64,000 nucleotides of DNA from Octopus vulgaris. Lineage: Eukaryota. Location of the stretch: assembly GCA_951406725.2 (NCBI GenBank), contig OX597815.1, positions 178,622,001 to 178,686,000 of the forward strand. The letters run 5' to 3'. The notes under the pieces are model-generated. The model was not told where the DNA came from. It did no database searches and saw nothing but the letters and a program-made list of their open reading frames with translations. Positions 24,600 to 37,826 of this stretch are shown here, piece after piece. A program made the position numbers and the translations under genes. Positions within the stretch are counted from its first letter, which is position 1; every line of letters begins with the position of its first letter.

Positions 24600-25292
24600 C
24601 AGCGAAACATGGGCTGTGACTGCGAAGGAGATGTGAAGGCTTGTAAGCAATGAATCTAGTATGCTCTGCTGGATGTGTAATGTCAGTGAGCATGCATGAC
24701 AGAGTGTAAGCGTCTTGAGAGAAAAGTTGGGCATAAGAGACATCAGATGTGGTGTGCAAGAGAGACGACTGCATTGGTATGGTCATGTGATGCGTATGGA
24801 TTAGGACAGCTGTGTGAAAGTGTCACACCTTAGCAGAGAGGGAACCTGTGGAAGAGGTAGACCCAGGAAGACATGAGAAGAGGTGGTGAAGCATGATCTT
24901 CAAACGTTGGGCTTCACAGAGGCAATGACAAGTGACCAAGACCTTTGGCGACATGTTGTGTATGAAAAGACCTGTCAAGCCAAATGATATTGTAGTTGTG
25001 GCCAATGCCAGTGTCACTCGTCAAAAGTTGGGTGATATGCTGTGCTTGAGAGGACTTGTCAAACCAAGTGAAATCGTAGCCGATGCCAAAGCTGGTTGAC
25101 TGGCACCTGTGCCAGTGTCACTTAAAAAGCACCCACTACACTCTTGGAGTGGTTGGCATTAGGAAGGGCATCCAGCCATAGAAACCATGCCAAACCAGAA
25201 TGGAATCTAGTGTAGCTCCCCAGCTCAACAGTTTTCAGTTAAACCATCTAACCCATGCCAGCATGGAAAGCAGACATTAAATGATGATGATG
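24600..25292 (+). mobile_element. 5'-truncated RTE LINE, degenerate
   Basis: SETWAVTA...LHWYGHVMRM...GRGRPRKT remnant followed by the same 3' UTR and (GAT)n tail. Confidence 0.88.
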
Positions 25293-25996
25293 GCCCATTG
25301 AAGAGAGGAAATAAACAGGTTAGAAACCACAACATCCCATCTCCGTTCAGCTTAACTCTTTACTGCATGTTATGTCACAGATGGCCTATACTATGGATCT
25401 GGATCTTAGAAATTATTTTAATAGAATATTCATCAAAAAACTTACGAAGCATAAAAAGAACCTCTACATTAGTAGTTCTCAACCATTTTTGTACATATGG
25501 ACCTTGGTTCTTATTTTATTCTATTGGAGCCCCATAGACAGTCAGTGTCTATTATTAGGAATTGTATTTTAAAAATTGTTAAAATATTTTGTGTTATCGT
25601 AAAAGAATAACTAATTTATTGCTCATAAATTTTAACAAGGGCCATGTGGTTGAGGACCACTGCTCAACATGCTCATTCAAACTGCTAGAAATATCACCAA
25701 ATATCCCTCACATATCACCCAAGTGTCTTAAAAAAAAGAAAGAATACTCTTGTCAATGTATAAAATACACTGTGTCTGAAAAATAAAAGCCAGAAGATCA
25801 GAGGTGAAACAACTCTGATGTTAAGACTCCCTAATCAGATTTAACCAAGAACTAAACAAATTAGAGCTGAAAATTTTTTTAGAAAGCAATATTGTAGCTA
25901 CTCTCTGGTTTTTACATCAAATATTTATTAAATAAAGGAATGGCTCTTGCTAAACTTTACTAAAACACTCGTATGAAGAATTTGGATTCTTCTTAC

Positions 25997-26169
25997 CTTG
26001 GAGTTAAAGGACTGAGGGAAGAAAAATTAAGACGGTTGCCACTACTGAGGTACTGTCCGCGACTGGCACGCAAAGATTGAATTCCTTGGTGAAAGGAACT
26101 ATCCGTACTGCTAGGAGGGCTCAAGGCATCTGGCGTCATTAGTTTGTCTGCTGGCAAGGGAGACTCGAA
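25997..26169 (-). CDS. CDC27: CDC27 exon 7 (FESPLPADK...SLSPLTP)
   Basis: ttttccag / gtaaga, 173 nt. LSPLTP joins SFG of the next exon (LSPLTPSFG motif). Confidence 0.92.
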
Positions 26170-26754
26170 CTGGAAAACAAAAACCATTTTAAATGACATA
26201 ATGTATACAAATCACACACAAAAACATAAAAAGGCAAACACGAGATGATCAAGTGGTCAAAAAAAGCAATCTTAGAAGCTGTTTCTTTTTAATTGTACTT
26301 CAAAGGTGACAAGTTATACAATAGCAAAAAGCTTGCTTCTTAACCACACGGTTCAGGGTTCAACCCTACTACACCCTCAGGTCAACCAAAACCTTGTATA
26401 TGGATTTGGCAGACAAAAACTGAAAGAAGCCTGTCATATATATATAGCTGTGTGTGCGTGTCTTTGTGTCTGTTCCTACCACTTGACAACCAGTGTTGGT
26501 GTGTTTACGTCCCTGTAACTTAGCAGTTCAGCAAAAGACACTGATACAATAAGCACCTGGCTTTAAAAAATAAATTAGTACTATGGTTGAGTCATTTGAT
26601 TAAAAACTCGTCAAAGTGCTTACCCCAGCATGGCCACAGTCTAATGACTGAAACAAATAAAAGATAAAAGATGTTGGTTTTGTTGAAATGTTTTTTATAT
26701 TTTTTTACTGTCCTAGTGAAGAATTCTGGGAAAACAACAAAAACAAAAAAAGAA

Positions 26755-27368
26755 GTGAAGACTTGTTGAACCAAGTGAAATCATAATCATGGCCAATGCC
26801 TGTGTCGCCTGACTGGCACCTGTGCTGGTGACACAGATAAGCTCCATTTGAGTGTGGCCAATGCAAGTGCAACCTGACTGGCACCTGTGCTGGTGACACA
26901 GATAAGCTCCATTTGAGTGTGGCCAATGCAAGTGCCACCTGACTGGCATGTAAAAATCACCATTTGAGCATATCGATGTCAGTGCTGCCTGACTGGTTCC
27001 TGTGCCAGTGGCACATAAAAAGCACTATTTGAGCATGGCCAATGCCAGTGCCACCTGACTGGCACCTGTGCTGGTAGCAGATAAAAAGCACCATTTGAGC
27101 ATGACCAATGCAAGTGCAGCCCAACTGGCATGTAAAACGCACCATTTGAGCGTATCAATGCCAGTGCTGCCTGACTGGCTCCAGTGCCAGTGGCATGTAA
27201 AAAGCACCCACTACACTCTCAGAGTGGTTGGTGTTAGGAAGCTAATACAGCTGTAGAAACCTGTAGATCAGATCGGCGCCTGGTGCAGCCTCCTGGCTCG
27301 CCAATTCCCAGTCAAACTGTCCAACCCATACCAGCATGGAAAGCGGACGTTAAACGACGATGGTGATG
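26755..27368 (+). repeat. RTE 3' UTR copy with ~7 tandem hairpin units
   Basis: Same unit and tail. Two adjacent near-identical 64-bp units at ~26809-26936. Confidence 0.85.
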
Positions 27369-27422
27369 TGTAGAACGATGGCAAAGATTATGGCGGTAAA
27401 CTACAAAATAATCTGGACTTAC

Positions 27423-27628
27423 CTTACAAATTCCTGCAGGTGTACAGTCTGACACTGGAGTAATGCTGTCCTGAGAACTAGGGATTATGTGAGGAGACTG
27501 GTGTAATTGCATCAATTTTAATTTTCCATCTGGAGGTTGGTAAAAAGGATTGGTGCTGTGGATAGGTGTAGACTGAGGAAAGGGGACTTTGGGTGGCTGG
27601 AAGATCTTTGTAACATCAACTTTTTCAC
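27423..27628 (-). CDS. CDC27: CDC27 exon 6 (GEKVDVTKIFQPPK...PAGICK), start of the disordered loop
   Basis: tttatcag / gtaagt, 206 nt, phase 1 to 0. GEK.D...F motif. Confidence 0.88.
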
Positions 27629-29810
27629 CTGATAAAAATAATTTCAACATGCCATTAAAAAAGAAAATTTATGCTTTTCATTATAAAATCTAAAGCTGAA
27701 ACTTTAAGAAGAGTTTGTGCCTTCCCTCCTTTCTGTTGTTCTCCATCCTTAAACACCTGACTTATCTGCTATAACTACCAATGCTGTCACATATCTGCCG
27801 CAACCCATCCCTGAGCCTCTCCTATATATGACTTCATCATTTGCCTCACTCATCTCTACCCTAACAACCGACCCAATCCAAACCTTTGTATCACCCCCCG
27901 CTCCTTCTCACCACCCCCAATGTCCCAACTCATCTTCACCACCATCATCTCTTACTATTGCTCTCTTCATCTTACTCCCTAACCATCCTCCTTTCTTTTT
28001 CAACTGAAACATTCATGCATATACTCGACAGCAAAACACCCACCCCTGTACCTCTGCACCTTTAATCTTTCATCAACTGGCACAAAGCCACCACCGCCTT
28101 CACTACTACTCCCTCCTCCCAGCTGAGAGGTTTTCCGTCTTGCAGTGACCCTGTCAGTACTAGTGCCATGTAAAAAGCACCCAGTACACTGCGAAGTGGT
28201 TGCTGTTAGGAAGGGCATCCAGCCATTAAAGCCATTTCAAAACAGACAATTGGAGCCTGCTGTGACCTCCAGCCTTACTAGCTTCTGTCAAACCATCCAG
28301 CCCATGCCAGCATGGAAAACAAGAGTTAAATGATGATGATGATATCATCATTGTCGTTTAACGTCCGCTTTGTATGTGGCATGGGATGGACAGTTTGACT
28401 GAGGGCTGGCAAGCCAGAAGGCTGCACCGGGCTCCAATCCAATCTGAATGCTTTTCCTAACGCCAATGAATGCCCTTCCTAACACAGGATAAAAATAAAA
28501 CAACAAACTATTAAGATTTTCTGTTTAGCTGGCATCACTGCTGCTTAAGAGGCTCTAGTGAAAACAATAGCTATGGTTTAAAACTGAGAAATGGAAATTC
28601 AAAATAAAGTTGCTAAAGGAGGCAAAAATATTTTTCTTTCACTATACAAAGGATAAACCATAAGAAATGTAATGATGTAAGATAATCCAACATGAGTAAT
28701 GAGTGGGGGACAACTACATTGACTAAAGAAGAATGAAGCAAATGTGATATTGTGGATTTGCAAAGTTGATTTACATATAAAGGCTGAGTACAAAGAATTT
28801 CACTATGAAAGCCATTGATTGATGTGTGCAAGTAAAATGGTTGACCTGCTTTGAACATCATTTTACATCCACTCTCCATTCTATGTTTCCAGTGTTAAGA
28901 CTTGCTGTAGTTTTTGAAGTTGCATCAATATCTGCCCATACATGACACCAGCACATGCAGGAAATAAAAAGAGAGGAGTTATTCTTCAAAATAAAATCCC
29001 TGGTGGACATTGTAGAAAGAATGTTTTAAGTCCTACAAGTGAGAGAAAAGGCTTTCCAAAGACAAAGGAAAGGTATGGTACAACGGCTACATTTTCAACA
29101 ATTATGTTAAAGCAAGCCCACAAAAGGTGATATGAAAGTCTGGAAGTTCAATGCCATAGATATTGGGTACCAAAGTGAATTTAAACACAAAAAAATGGTG
29201 GTGCAAGTGAAGTTATCCTAGAGTACAATGTGGTACAGAAATTATCACTTTTGCCCTTGCATACACTTACTTATAACTATAGTTCTCGTCATCAAGTCAA
29301 ACTTGCTTGTAGTTATGCATAAAAATCTCCTGTGCTGGTGCCACGTAAAAAGCAGCCAGTACATTCTGTAAAGTGGTTGGTGTTAGGAAGGACAAAAATT
29401 CCAGAGTATAGATTTATGTAAAAACCTTTTATTAGTTTATGCCTCAAATTCCACTTTTGTAAATGTAGAAAAAAAATTGAAATTTTTTAATAAAAGCAGT
29501 CTAAATTCATAATTTTGTTAGAATTAATATATTAAACAGTATTCTAGTCTGAAATACAATAACGAAAATGTTATACTGCAATGAGCTTAATGAGAAATCT
29601 GACCCCAGGACTGGAAAAAGTTATAATCTTTTAACTACCAGATTACACCTTGATATTAAAAAAAAAAAAACAATCTACATATTTAGTCAACAATAACAGC
29701 CCTTTATACAAACGTGTGAGGTATTTTGCTTTTGCTCAATAATTTGGCTGAGTCTCACAAGGACTCAGTAACCATACAAGATTTTTAAAAATAATAAGGG
29801 GGCTGCTTAC

Positions 29811-29908
29811 CTAGACTGCAGAGTTTAGCAAATGAAGACCATAATAAAGGATTTAGTTTTAAACTTTTTTGATAACATTCTGAAGCATGTGAAAATCGCT
29901 CCGTTTTA
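29811..29908 (-). CDS. CDC27: CDC27 exon 5 (KTERFSHASECYQKSLKLNPLLWSSFAKLCSL)
   Basis: tttcag / gtaagc, 98 nt. Matches ECYQKSLSLNPFLWS. Confidence 0.96.
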
Positions 29909-30090
29909 CTGAAATTAAGAACAAGAAATATGCAATTAGAGAAAATGCAGCTAAAAAATATCCCACACACAAGCATTTAAATCTTTAAAACTGAGTCAAT
30001 AAAAAACAGAAGTTAAAATTTGTAGCAGCAATAGAAACCAATATAAAAAAAAAGGGTTCGAAGCATGTAAACAGCTTACTGCCAAGACAA

Positions 30091-30751
30091 TCCAGTGTCG
30101 CCTGACTGGCTTCCATGCCTGTGGCATATAAAAAGCACCATTCAAGGGTGACTGAAGCCAGTGCCACTTGACTGGTACCCATGCCAGTGGGATAAAAAGC
30201 ACCATACAAGCATGGGCAATGCCAGTGCCACCTGACTGGCTCTTGTGCCAGTGACATGTAAAAAGCACCATTAGACTGTGACCAAAACCAGTGCCACTTG
30301 AGTGGCACCTGTGCCAGTGGCATGTAAAAAGCATCATTCAAGTGTGGGCAATGCCAGTGCCGCCTGACTGGCACCCGTGCCGGTGACATAAAAAGCACCA
30401 TTCAAGTGTGGTTGATGACAGTGCCGCCTGACTAGCTCCTATGCCAATGACATGTAAAAAGCACTATTCAAGCATGGTCGATACCAGTGCTGCCTGATTG
30501 GCACCTGTGCTGGTGGCATAAAAGCACCATTCAAAAGTGGTTGATGCCCAGGCCGCCTGACTGGCTCCTGTGCCAGTGGCACATAAAAAGCACCCGCTAC
30601 ACTCACGGAGTGGTCGGTGTTAGGAAGGGCATCCAGCGGTAGAAACCATGCCAGATCAGATTGGAGCCTGGTGCAGCCTCCTGGCTTACCAGTCCTCAGT
30701 CAAACCGTCCAACCCATACCAGCATGGAAAGCAGATGTTAAACGATGATGA
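30091..30751 (+). repeat. RTE 3' UTR copy with 8 tandem ~64-66-bp hairpin units
   Basis: Unit GCCAGTGCCGCCTGACTGGC-x-GTGCC(G/A)GTGGCAC-TAAAAAGCACCA-x repeated 8 times, then the AGGAAGGGCATCCAGC...TTAAACGATGATG tail. Confidence 0.9.
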
Positions 30752-31020
30752 TACTAAACTACTGATCACATAATCAAGAGTTAAACAATTGTGTATTGCT
30801 TTTAGACAGGGCAGATCACAGCTTTCTTGTGCATTAGACTGACAAAAAAATTCATTCTTAATTTCCCTGCTGAACAGTTCGCAGCAAGAAAGGACATTAG
30901 CTTGTCCTTTGACATGGAGGTAATATCCTTGTCATTAAATCAACTCTAACATCAAAACTGAACCTGTTTGTTAACCTAAGTAGAGTTACATGTTTTATAT
31001 AGGAAAACAGAGTAGACATT

Positions 31021-31409
31021 CTTTTCTACTCTAGGCACAAGGCCTGAAATTTGGGGAGAGGAGGGCCAGTCAATTAGATCGACCCCCAATATGTAACTGA
31101 TACTTAATTTATCAATCCAGAAAGGATGAAGGGCAAAGTCGACCTTGGCAGAATTTGATCTCAGAACATAAAGACAGACGAAATGCCTATTTCTTTACTA
31201 CTCACAAGGGGCTAAACACAGAGAGGACGAACAAGGACAGACAAACGGATTATATCAACCCCAGTGCGTAACTGGTACTTATTTAATCGCCCCCGAAAGA
31301 ATGAAGGGCAAAGTCAACCTCGGCGGAATTTGAACTCAGAATGTAAAGACAGACGAAATACTAAGCATTTTGCCTGGCATGCTAACATTTTTGCCAGCTC
31401 GCCGCCTTA
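31021..31409 (-). mobile_element. Dimeric SINE (Y monomer + headless X monomer)
   Basis: Two monomers joined at GAAATA|GGCATTTCGTC, flanked as a unit by AGAGTAGA(C/T)ATT. Confidence 0.8.
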
Positions 31410-31627
31410 CAATAGAGTAGATATTACGTGATCAGAATATGTCAATATTCAAGCATCTTAACATAACAATTACTCTACGCCATTGTTAAAACAAATGCAA
31501 TAATGGTAAAAAAAAATATCCACAACTGCAAACAGAAAAAAAAAAAATATCCAAGTAAAATGAAGGAGCTAATGAAAAGCATTATTATTGCGCTTCCTGT
31601 GAAGTAAATACTGGAAAATCAAGTTAC

Positions 31628-31753
31628 CTATAAAGATTTCCTAATAAGCTAAATACATGGCAGGCCACTGGACCATATTCCACTTCAATTTCTTCAAATG
31701 TTTTGCTCTTTGAGACAGCATTTCCAACCAAGAGCTCTTCAGCTTCTGATAAT
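31628..31753 (-). CDS. CDC27: CDC27 exon 4 (LSEAEELLVGNAVSKSKTFEEIEVEYGPVACHVFSLLGNLY)
   Basis: tttttag / gtaact, 126 nt, phases compatible with neighbours. Confidence 0.93.
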
Positions 31754-32152
31754 CTAAAAATGAACACAGAATTTTAATCAAATTTATCTTCAAAATAGAA
31801 TATTTTTCACATTTCAAGTGTTGCATAATGAATTATTCCTACATTTCAATGTTAATAAAAAAAAAAAAAAAAAAAAGACTACGGCAAATGAAAGGAAACA
31901 CTTCACAGTTCCTTTGCTAACAAAACAAGGCAACAGAACTGGAGGATTTGCCAAAAGAATGACTTATACACAAATTATTTTGGTTGCTCAATTTACACAC
32001 TAAATTCGAAGAACACTAATTCCGAAAAGAACTGATATGAAATATGGTAAAAGTAGAAGAAACGATTGATAGCTTGAAAAAAGTTGCCTTCAATTCAAAC
32101 AAGTCAGAAAAACAATTCTCAACACCTCAACCCATACAAGGACTTACATATA

Positions 32153-32597
32153 ATACAATATGTCCCTCACTATGCCGAGGTTCACCTATCATGGTTTATT
32201 ATTTAAGCTTACATTGATTCCTCTGGTGTTGTTTCACATTTATAATAAAAAAAATATATACAAATTATAAAAATAATTTTTTTTTTTTATTCGAGCGAGG
32301 TCATTGCCAGTACTGCCTGACTGGCCCCTGTGCCAGTGGCACATAAAAAGCACCCACTACACTCTCGGAGTGGTTGGAGTTCGGAAGGACATCCAGCTGT
32401 AGAAACTTTGCCAGATCAAGATTGAAGCCTGGTGCAGCCGTCTGGTGCGCCAGCCCTCAGTCAAAATCGTCCAACCCATGCTAGCATGGAAAGCGGACGT
32501 TAAACGATGATGATGATACAGTACTGTTTCTACTTCATGGATTTTCACCTATCACGGGGTGGTATGTAATACCCACAAAAGTCAAGGAATTACTGTA
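32153..32597. mobile_element. Tigger/pogo-like MITE with nested RTE tail
   Basis: TA-flanked decayed TIRs CAATATGTCCCTC / AAGGAATTACTG. RTE tail at 32289-32517 lies inside. Confidence 0.55.
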
Positions 32598-33232
32598 ATG
32601 CCAAAATGTCATCGATAACAATAGACAGAATAATCCAGCTCCAAATATACAGAAGTAAACCTTGTTGAGTGTTCCTCTTTTATGATTATACTCCACTGAC
32701 AACAATGTACTATTTCATTCATTCACCACAACATATGGCCGTACAAACATATTTCCTTCTTGTGCACCATTATACCAAGACGTATAATGCAGCCCACCAA
32801 GTCGTGAGAAAGTACAGTAGAGTGGAAGAGTTCACTGCTGAGCAGAAAGTACAGAGTAAAAGCCTAACTGTTGCTAGTTATAATACCTTAAGAAGTCTTA
32901 AGTGGTACCCTCATAATACATAATAATACATATAAGGGTCTGTCTATAAGCCTATAAGCTTATTAGACCAAAGTTTATTCCAGTTTCTGGTTAATCCCGG
33001 CTGCCATTAGTAGTCATTTTCACTTGATTAGACAACATGAAATGAAGAAACTTGCTCAAGGACAAATGTGCCAGTCAATCCAGAAATTGAACTCACGACC
33101 AAACAATTATGAGCCCAACATCTTAACCCCTAGGAATGCCCCAATAACACAAAGGTTTTAATAAGCTTCACAAAACAGCAAATTTTGAGACATCACTTTT
33201 GGATAAGAGGAGAGATGCCAAAAAAGACTTAC

Positions 33233-33380
33233 CTATCAGTATCAAAGCAACATTTTGCCAAAAGGTACTTGCACTGAGCCGTGTGGCATCCACGGGACTG
33301 CAACAGTAAATAAGACTGAACAGGTTTCCCTGCCCGATAATAGCAGGTAGCAAGAAGATACAAAGACTCATCATTTGCAA
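33233..33380 (-). CDS. CDC27: CDC27 exon 3 (VANDESLYLLATCYYRAGK...CKYLLAKCCFDTD)
   Basis: ctttcag / gtaagt, 148 nt. APC3 N-terminal TPR motif LLATCYYR.GK. Confidence 0.96.
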
Positions 33381-33526
33381 CTGAAAGGGAAAAATTAATT
33401 TCATTAACAATTAATTGTGAATGCATGAAATTAGTTTAAAAAGCTTAACAATTCTGTCAAGATTAATATTCATAAATATTAGGAGATGAAATTTCTGAAG
33501 AAAGATGAAAAACATTGAAACAGTAC

Positions 33527-33602
33527 CTTCTGAAAATAATCTTTCAGCCAAAAAAGTAGCATCAGTAACTGCATAGTTGTTCAGAGCGTCCCAGATCGCA
33601 GC
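33527..33602 (-). CDS. CDC27: CDC27 exon 2 (AAIWDALNNYAVTDATFLAERLFSE)
   Basis: ttgtttcag acceptor, gtactg donor, 76 nt. Matches AAIWQALNHYAYRDAVFLAERLYAE. Confidence 0.95.
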
Positions 33603-33694
33603 CTGAAACAAGAATCGATATGGGAATATAATTTTCACACAGGTAGGAGGATAAAGGAGCTTTGCAAGAAAGTATATTACAGACCCACTAAAAT

Positions 33695-34240
33695 CAGTGG
33701 TTCTCAACTAGGGCCCACAAGACGGATGGGCGTGTAAAATTTTGTTATGTACAATAAACTGGTTACACTTTTACATGGGCCTTACAGAGGCAAAGTGGCT
33801 GAGTTTCTTTCAAGTGTTTGGCCTCACGGAGACGACGATGAATGACCGAGACCTTGGCATTATGTTGTGCTTGAGAAGAAGACCCATCAAACCGAGCAAA
33901 ATCACAGCCGTAGCAGATACCAGTGTCACGCAAACAGCACCCATACTGGTGGCACATAAAAGCACTCATGACATTCTCAGAGTGGTTAGCATTAGGAAGG
34001 ACAACCAGCGGCAGAAAACCATGCCAAATCAGCCTTCCAACTCACTAGCCCTGGTCAAACCTTCTGGCATGGATAACAGATGTTAAATGATGATGATGAA
34101 TATACAAAATATTTTAATTTTTTTAAATACAATTTCTAATATTCAATTCTAAAAATATAGGATTTTTAAATTATCAAATGGCTATGGGCGTCCAATAGAG
34201 CAAAATAGGAACCAAAGGTCAAAAATGGTGGGAAACACTG
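33695..34240. mobile_element. hAT (Charlie-like) MITE with nested RTE tail
   Basis: CAGTGGTTCTCAAC ... GGGAAACACTG ends. Related copies at 8572-8907, 17018-17873 and 25471-25661. Confidence 0.7.
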
Positions 34241-34594
34241 CTCTAAACAATAGTCATGGCATTACAGAGACGTTTAGAAAAAAACCATTATAAGAAAATC
34301 TATGCCCAGTCTTAGAGTTGTATTAGTGATATTCAATCTGGAAAGGATTCTTGCTTGCATTAACATGAGCAGTTACAGTAAATGAAGGAGATGGGGTCAA
34401 ATTGTATTTGTCTAATGTAAAAACAAAAAGTTGGCCAGATTAGGAAAGTAATATTTCTGAGGAATTTAAAATGAAAAGGTTTGGAATTTAATTTGCTACA
34501 AAGAATGATGACAGTTGGAGGTTACTGCCACCTAACTGATCAGATTCAATAGCATTTTGTCTTTCCAAATTGAAAACTTCTATAGGAGGCAAGT

Positions 34595-34995
34595 AAAATC
34601 AAATTTGATGACTGGCATCCGTGCTAGTGGAGCGCAAAGAGAACCATACGAGTGAGATTGGGGCCAGAGTAACAAGCTGACCTCCAAGCCGATGGCACGT
34701 TAAAAACACCATTCAGGCGTGATTGTTACCTGCGTCGCCTACTAGCACTTGTGCTGGTGGCACGTGAAAAAACATTTGAGCGAGGCCGTTGCCAGTGCCG
34801 CTGGACTGGCTATTGTGCAGGTGGTACATAAAAAGTACCATTTGAGTGTGGCCGTTGCCAGTACCGCCTGACTGGCCCTCGTGCCGGTGGCATGTAAAAG
34901 CACCCACTACGCTCTCCAAGTGGTTGGCATTAAGAAGGGCATCCAGCTGTAGAAACTCTGCCAGATCAGATTAAACGACGACAATGATGATGATG
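34595..34995 (+). mobile_element. RTE 3' UTR copy with several hairpin units
   Basis: Same units and tail. Further copies at about 390-575, 1542-1789, 4645-5040, 7376-7810, 10496-10742, 14713-15028, 15296-15545, 18205-18481, 32289-32517, 33775-34098, 38240-38710, 39847-40245, 50420-50842, 51178-51427 and 62283-62640. Confidence 0.85.
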
Positions 34996-35749
34996 AATAC
35001 TGTGCTACAAGGAAATATACTGTTAAGTACAGACAACTAGTTGACACTATCAAATAAATATCACAATTAATGATTTCAGGACACAATCTAAAATGAACAA
35101 TGGTTCATCAACAACTATCTTAGCTATTACAATGGAAAATTAATGTGAAGATAACCTCTTTCATAAATTCATACATAATTTACAATAGATTTTGTAAATC
35201 CCATTCACAATATGAACTACTGCCATATTTCGCAATAAACACCGTCTCATTCTAGAGACAATCTGACTAATGCTGATGATGGCACCCATGATAATATCAG
35301 CAACTCAGATCCAGAAGATAAGGTCACATAGTTTAATGGTAGCTAAGACAATAGGATATAATGAGAATAGATGATATCTAATGTAGAAATATGCATTTAC
35401 AGTTGGATATAACCAGAATAGAAGCCAAACAAGAGAAAGTATAAAGCAATTAGAAATGGTCAGAAGAGGAAGGGCTCCAAACCAATCCTGATCGTGCAGA
35501 CATGGTCAAAGGTGTTCAAAGTGTGACCAACTCGTACTTTTGTATATTCAGGACATTTTGTTTTTTTTAAGATAGTAGCACGTAATTTAAGATTTAACTA
35601 CTGTTTCTAGCAGGTTGAATAACCGTGTAGAGGCTTGTTATCGACAGGAGTTAAACAGATGAAGGGAACAAAGGAAATTAACATGGCTGGAGAAGAGTAA
35701 TTCAGTGAAGGAGAAAAGCAAAAGAAAAGATTTCTAATGTAATTAGAGC

Positions 35750-36835
35750 TTAACTCTTTTGTTACCAAACTGCCCAAAGCCGCCTGAAAAAAATTTTGGT
35801 TAATGTGACCAAACCGCCCAAACCCGACCGTATTTACCTATTCATATTTAAATGAGAATATCAGAGCAAATCTCTTTAGTACATTCGTGAAAACATGTGA
35901 TTATACTTCGTAAACACTTCATCTACAGTTTTGTACAATGATCGAAGTGTAATTTTAATTCCGTGAATTTTGGGAGATTTTTTTCCGAAATTTGTTCCTA
36001 TTGTGTTTTCAAAATTTGTAATTCTGACAAAAAAAATGGATACGAATTTCATTATATCAAGCAGCGAGTGAGAATTTCAAGGCTTTTCTACTGAAGACCT
36101 TGATAAATCTAACTCTATGACTGAAAAAAAAAGCATGAGGTATTTGATAATGAATTCGATGTTTCATTTTCCGAAAGTGAAAACAGTGAATCCGAGAGCT
36201 CCGACAGCGATAAAGAAAATGAATTGGCACCTGAATGGAGTGAAAATTTAAAAACTGTTTCTTTCGGTGATTTTTCTGAAGAAACTGGACCAAGCCACAG
36301 TCTTTCCCAGAAGAGTAAAGCCTTAGACTATTTCTATTTACTTTTTCAAATGAGCCTATTTGAAATCATTACGGCAGAAACGAACCGTTACGCTAAATGT
36401 AAACAAAGCGAAAGAAAGGATAGTTCGTGGTTTCCCACAACCTTAAATGAAATTAAGGCCTATTTTGCCATAAATATTATTATGGATATCAGAAAGTTAC
36501 CCAGAATAACAAATTCTATAGTAAAATTTTGTTGTATACCCAATTGAATATTAGCTAATAACCCATTTTCTATAGCGATGTTTAAACAAAAATTTTAATA
36601 ATTTTATATTTTGTTGAATTTACCTGTATTTACCTGCAATTAGAGTCACTTTATGACAAAAATTATAGTATAGAATTGGTTGAGAACATTTCATTAAATT
36701 ATCTTCCAAAAATCACAATATATTGATAAATAAAAAAGTTATAGTTGTTTAATGAAACCAGACTAAATTTATGATTATGTTAGAAATTAATTGAAACACA
36801 TACTTTGGTCAGAAATATAGTAACAAAAGGGTTAA
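35750..36835 (+). mobile_element. Internally deleted piggyBac-like transposon
   Basis: TTAA at both ends, TIRs CTCTTTTGTTAC / GTAACAAAAGGG. ORF 36224-36547 has DYFYLLF...ETNRYA...WFPTTLNEIKAYF...M..RKLP (PGBD-type N-terminal region). Confidence 0.9.
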
Positions 36836-36954
36836 AACACCACACACAAACTGGGAAGTAACTAAAAACATGGTTAAACATATAAGGACAAAAATCTATA
36901 TATGTTTAACCATGTTTTTAGTTACTTCCCAGTTTGTTTGTGTGTGGTGTTTTA
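36833..36954. repeat. Near-perfect ~52-bp-arm inverted repeat abutting the piggyBac right end
   Basis: 36833-36884 pairs with 36899-36954 (one 4-nt bulge) around a 14-nt loop. Confidence 0.92.
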
Positions 36955-37154
36955 TTACTCTTCCCCAGCCATGTCTATATATTTAAATAAACCTAATTAT
37001 GAAGTGAATTTCATGATCATGTATCTGAGTTCAATCCCTGTCTTCAGACCTGAGAGAGATGGAACACTTGGTCACAAATAGCCCCATGATTCCATCAGGA
37101 AATGAGAGCCTACCAGCCAGCCAGCCACACACACACGTCTGCATATGCATATAT

Positions 37155-37826
37155 GGCTTCACCAAGGCAATGACTAGTGGCCAAGACCTTTGGAGAATGC
37201 TGTGCTTGAGAAGACCCGGCAAGCCAAGTGAGACAATAACCCATGGCCTATGCCAGTGGTGTATAACCAGCCCACTTGTGAGTACCCTTCATTCACTGGA
37301 CAATAAACTTTGCTTGCGAAGACCTGCTGAGGCAAGTGAAATCAAAATCGCTGACATGGCCAATGACAGTACTGTCTGATTGGTACTCATGCCAGTGGAA
37401 TGTTAAAAGCACCATCCAAGCATAATCGTTGCCACTGATTGGCTCCCGTGCTGGTGGCACATAAAAAGCACCATTTGAGTGTGATTATTGCCAGCATCGC
37501 CTTACTAGCACGTGAAAAACAACATTCGAGCATGGTTGTTGCCAGTGCTGTCGGACTGGCTCCCGTAAAGGTGGCACATAAAAAAACACCTTTGAGCGTG
37601 GTCGCTGCCAGTACCGCCTGACTGGCCCTCGTGCCGGTAGCACATAAAAGCACCCACTACACTCTCGGAGTGGTTGGCGTTAGGAAGGGCATCTAGCTGT
37701 AGAAACTTTGCCAGATCAGATTGGAGCCTGGTGCAGCCTTCTGGCTTGCCAGTCCTCAGTCAAAGTGTCCAACCCATGCCAGCATAGAAAGCGGACGTTA
37801 AACGACATTTAATGATGATGATGATG
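37155..37826 (+). mobile_element. RTE 3' end with ~5 hairpin units
   Basis: GFTKAMTSGQDLWR ORF-end remnant, unit array and tail. Confidence 0.85.

Noticed and set aside
30091-30600. CRISPR-like repeat/spacer array
   Set aside because: The linkers are homologous to each other, there are no cas genes, the context is a eukaryotic intron, and the array is contiguous with an RTE 3' UTR.
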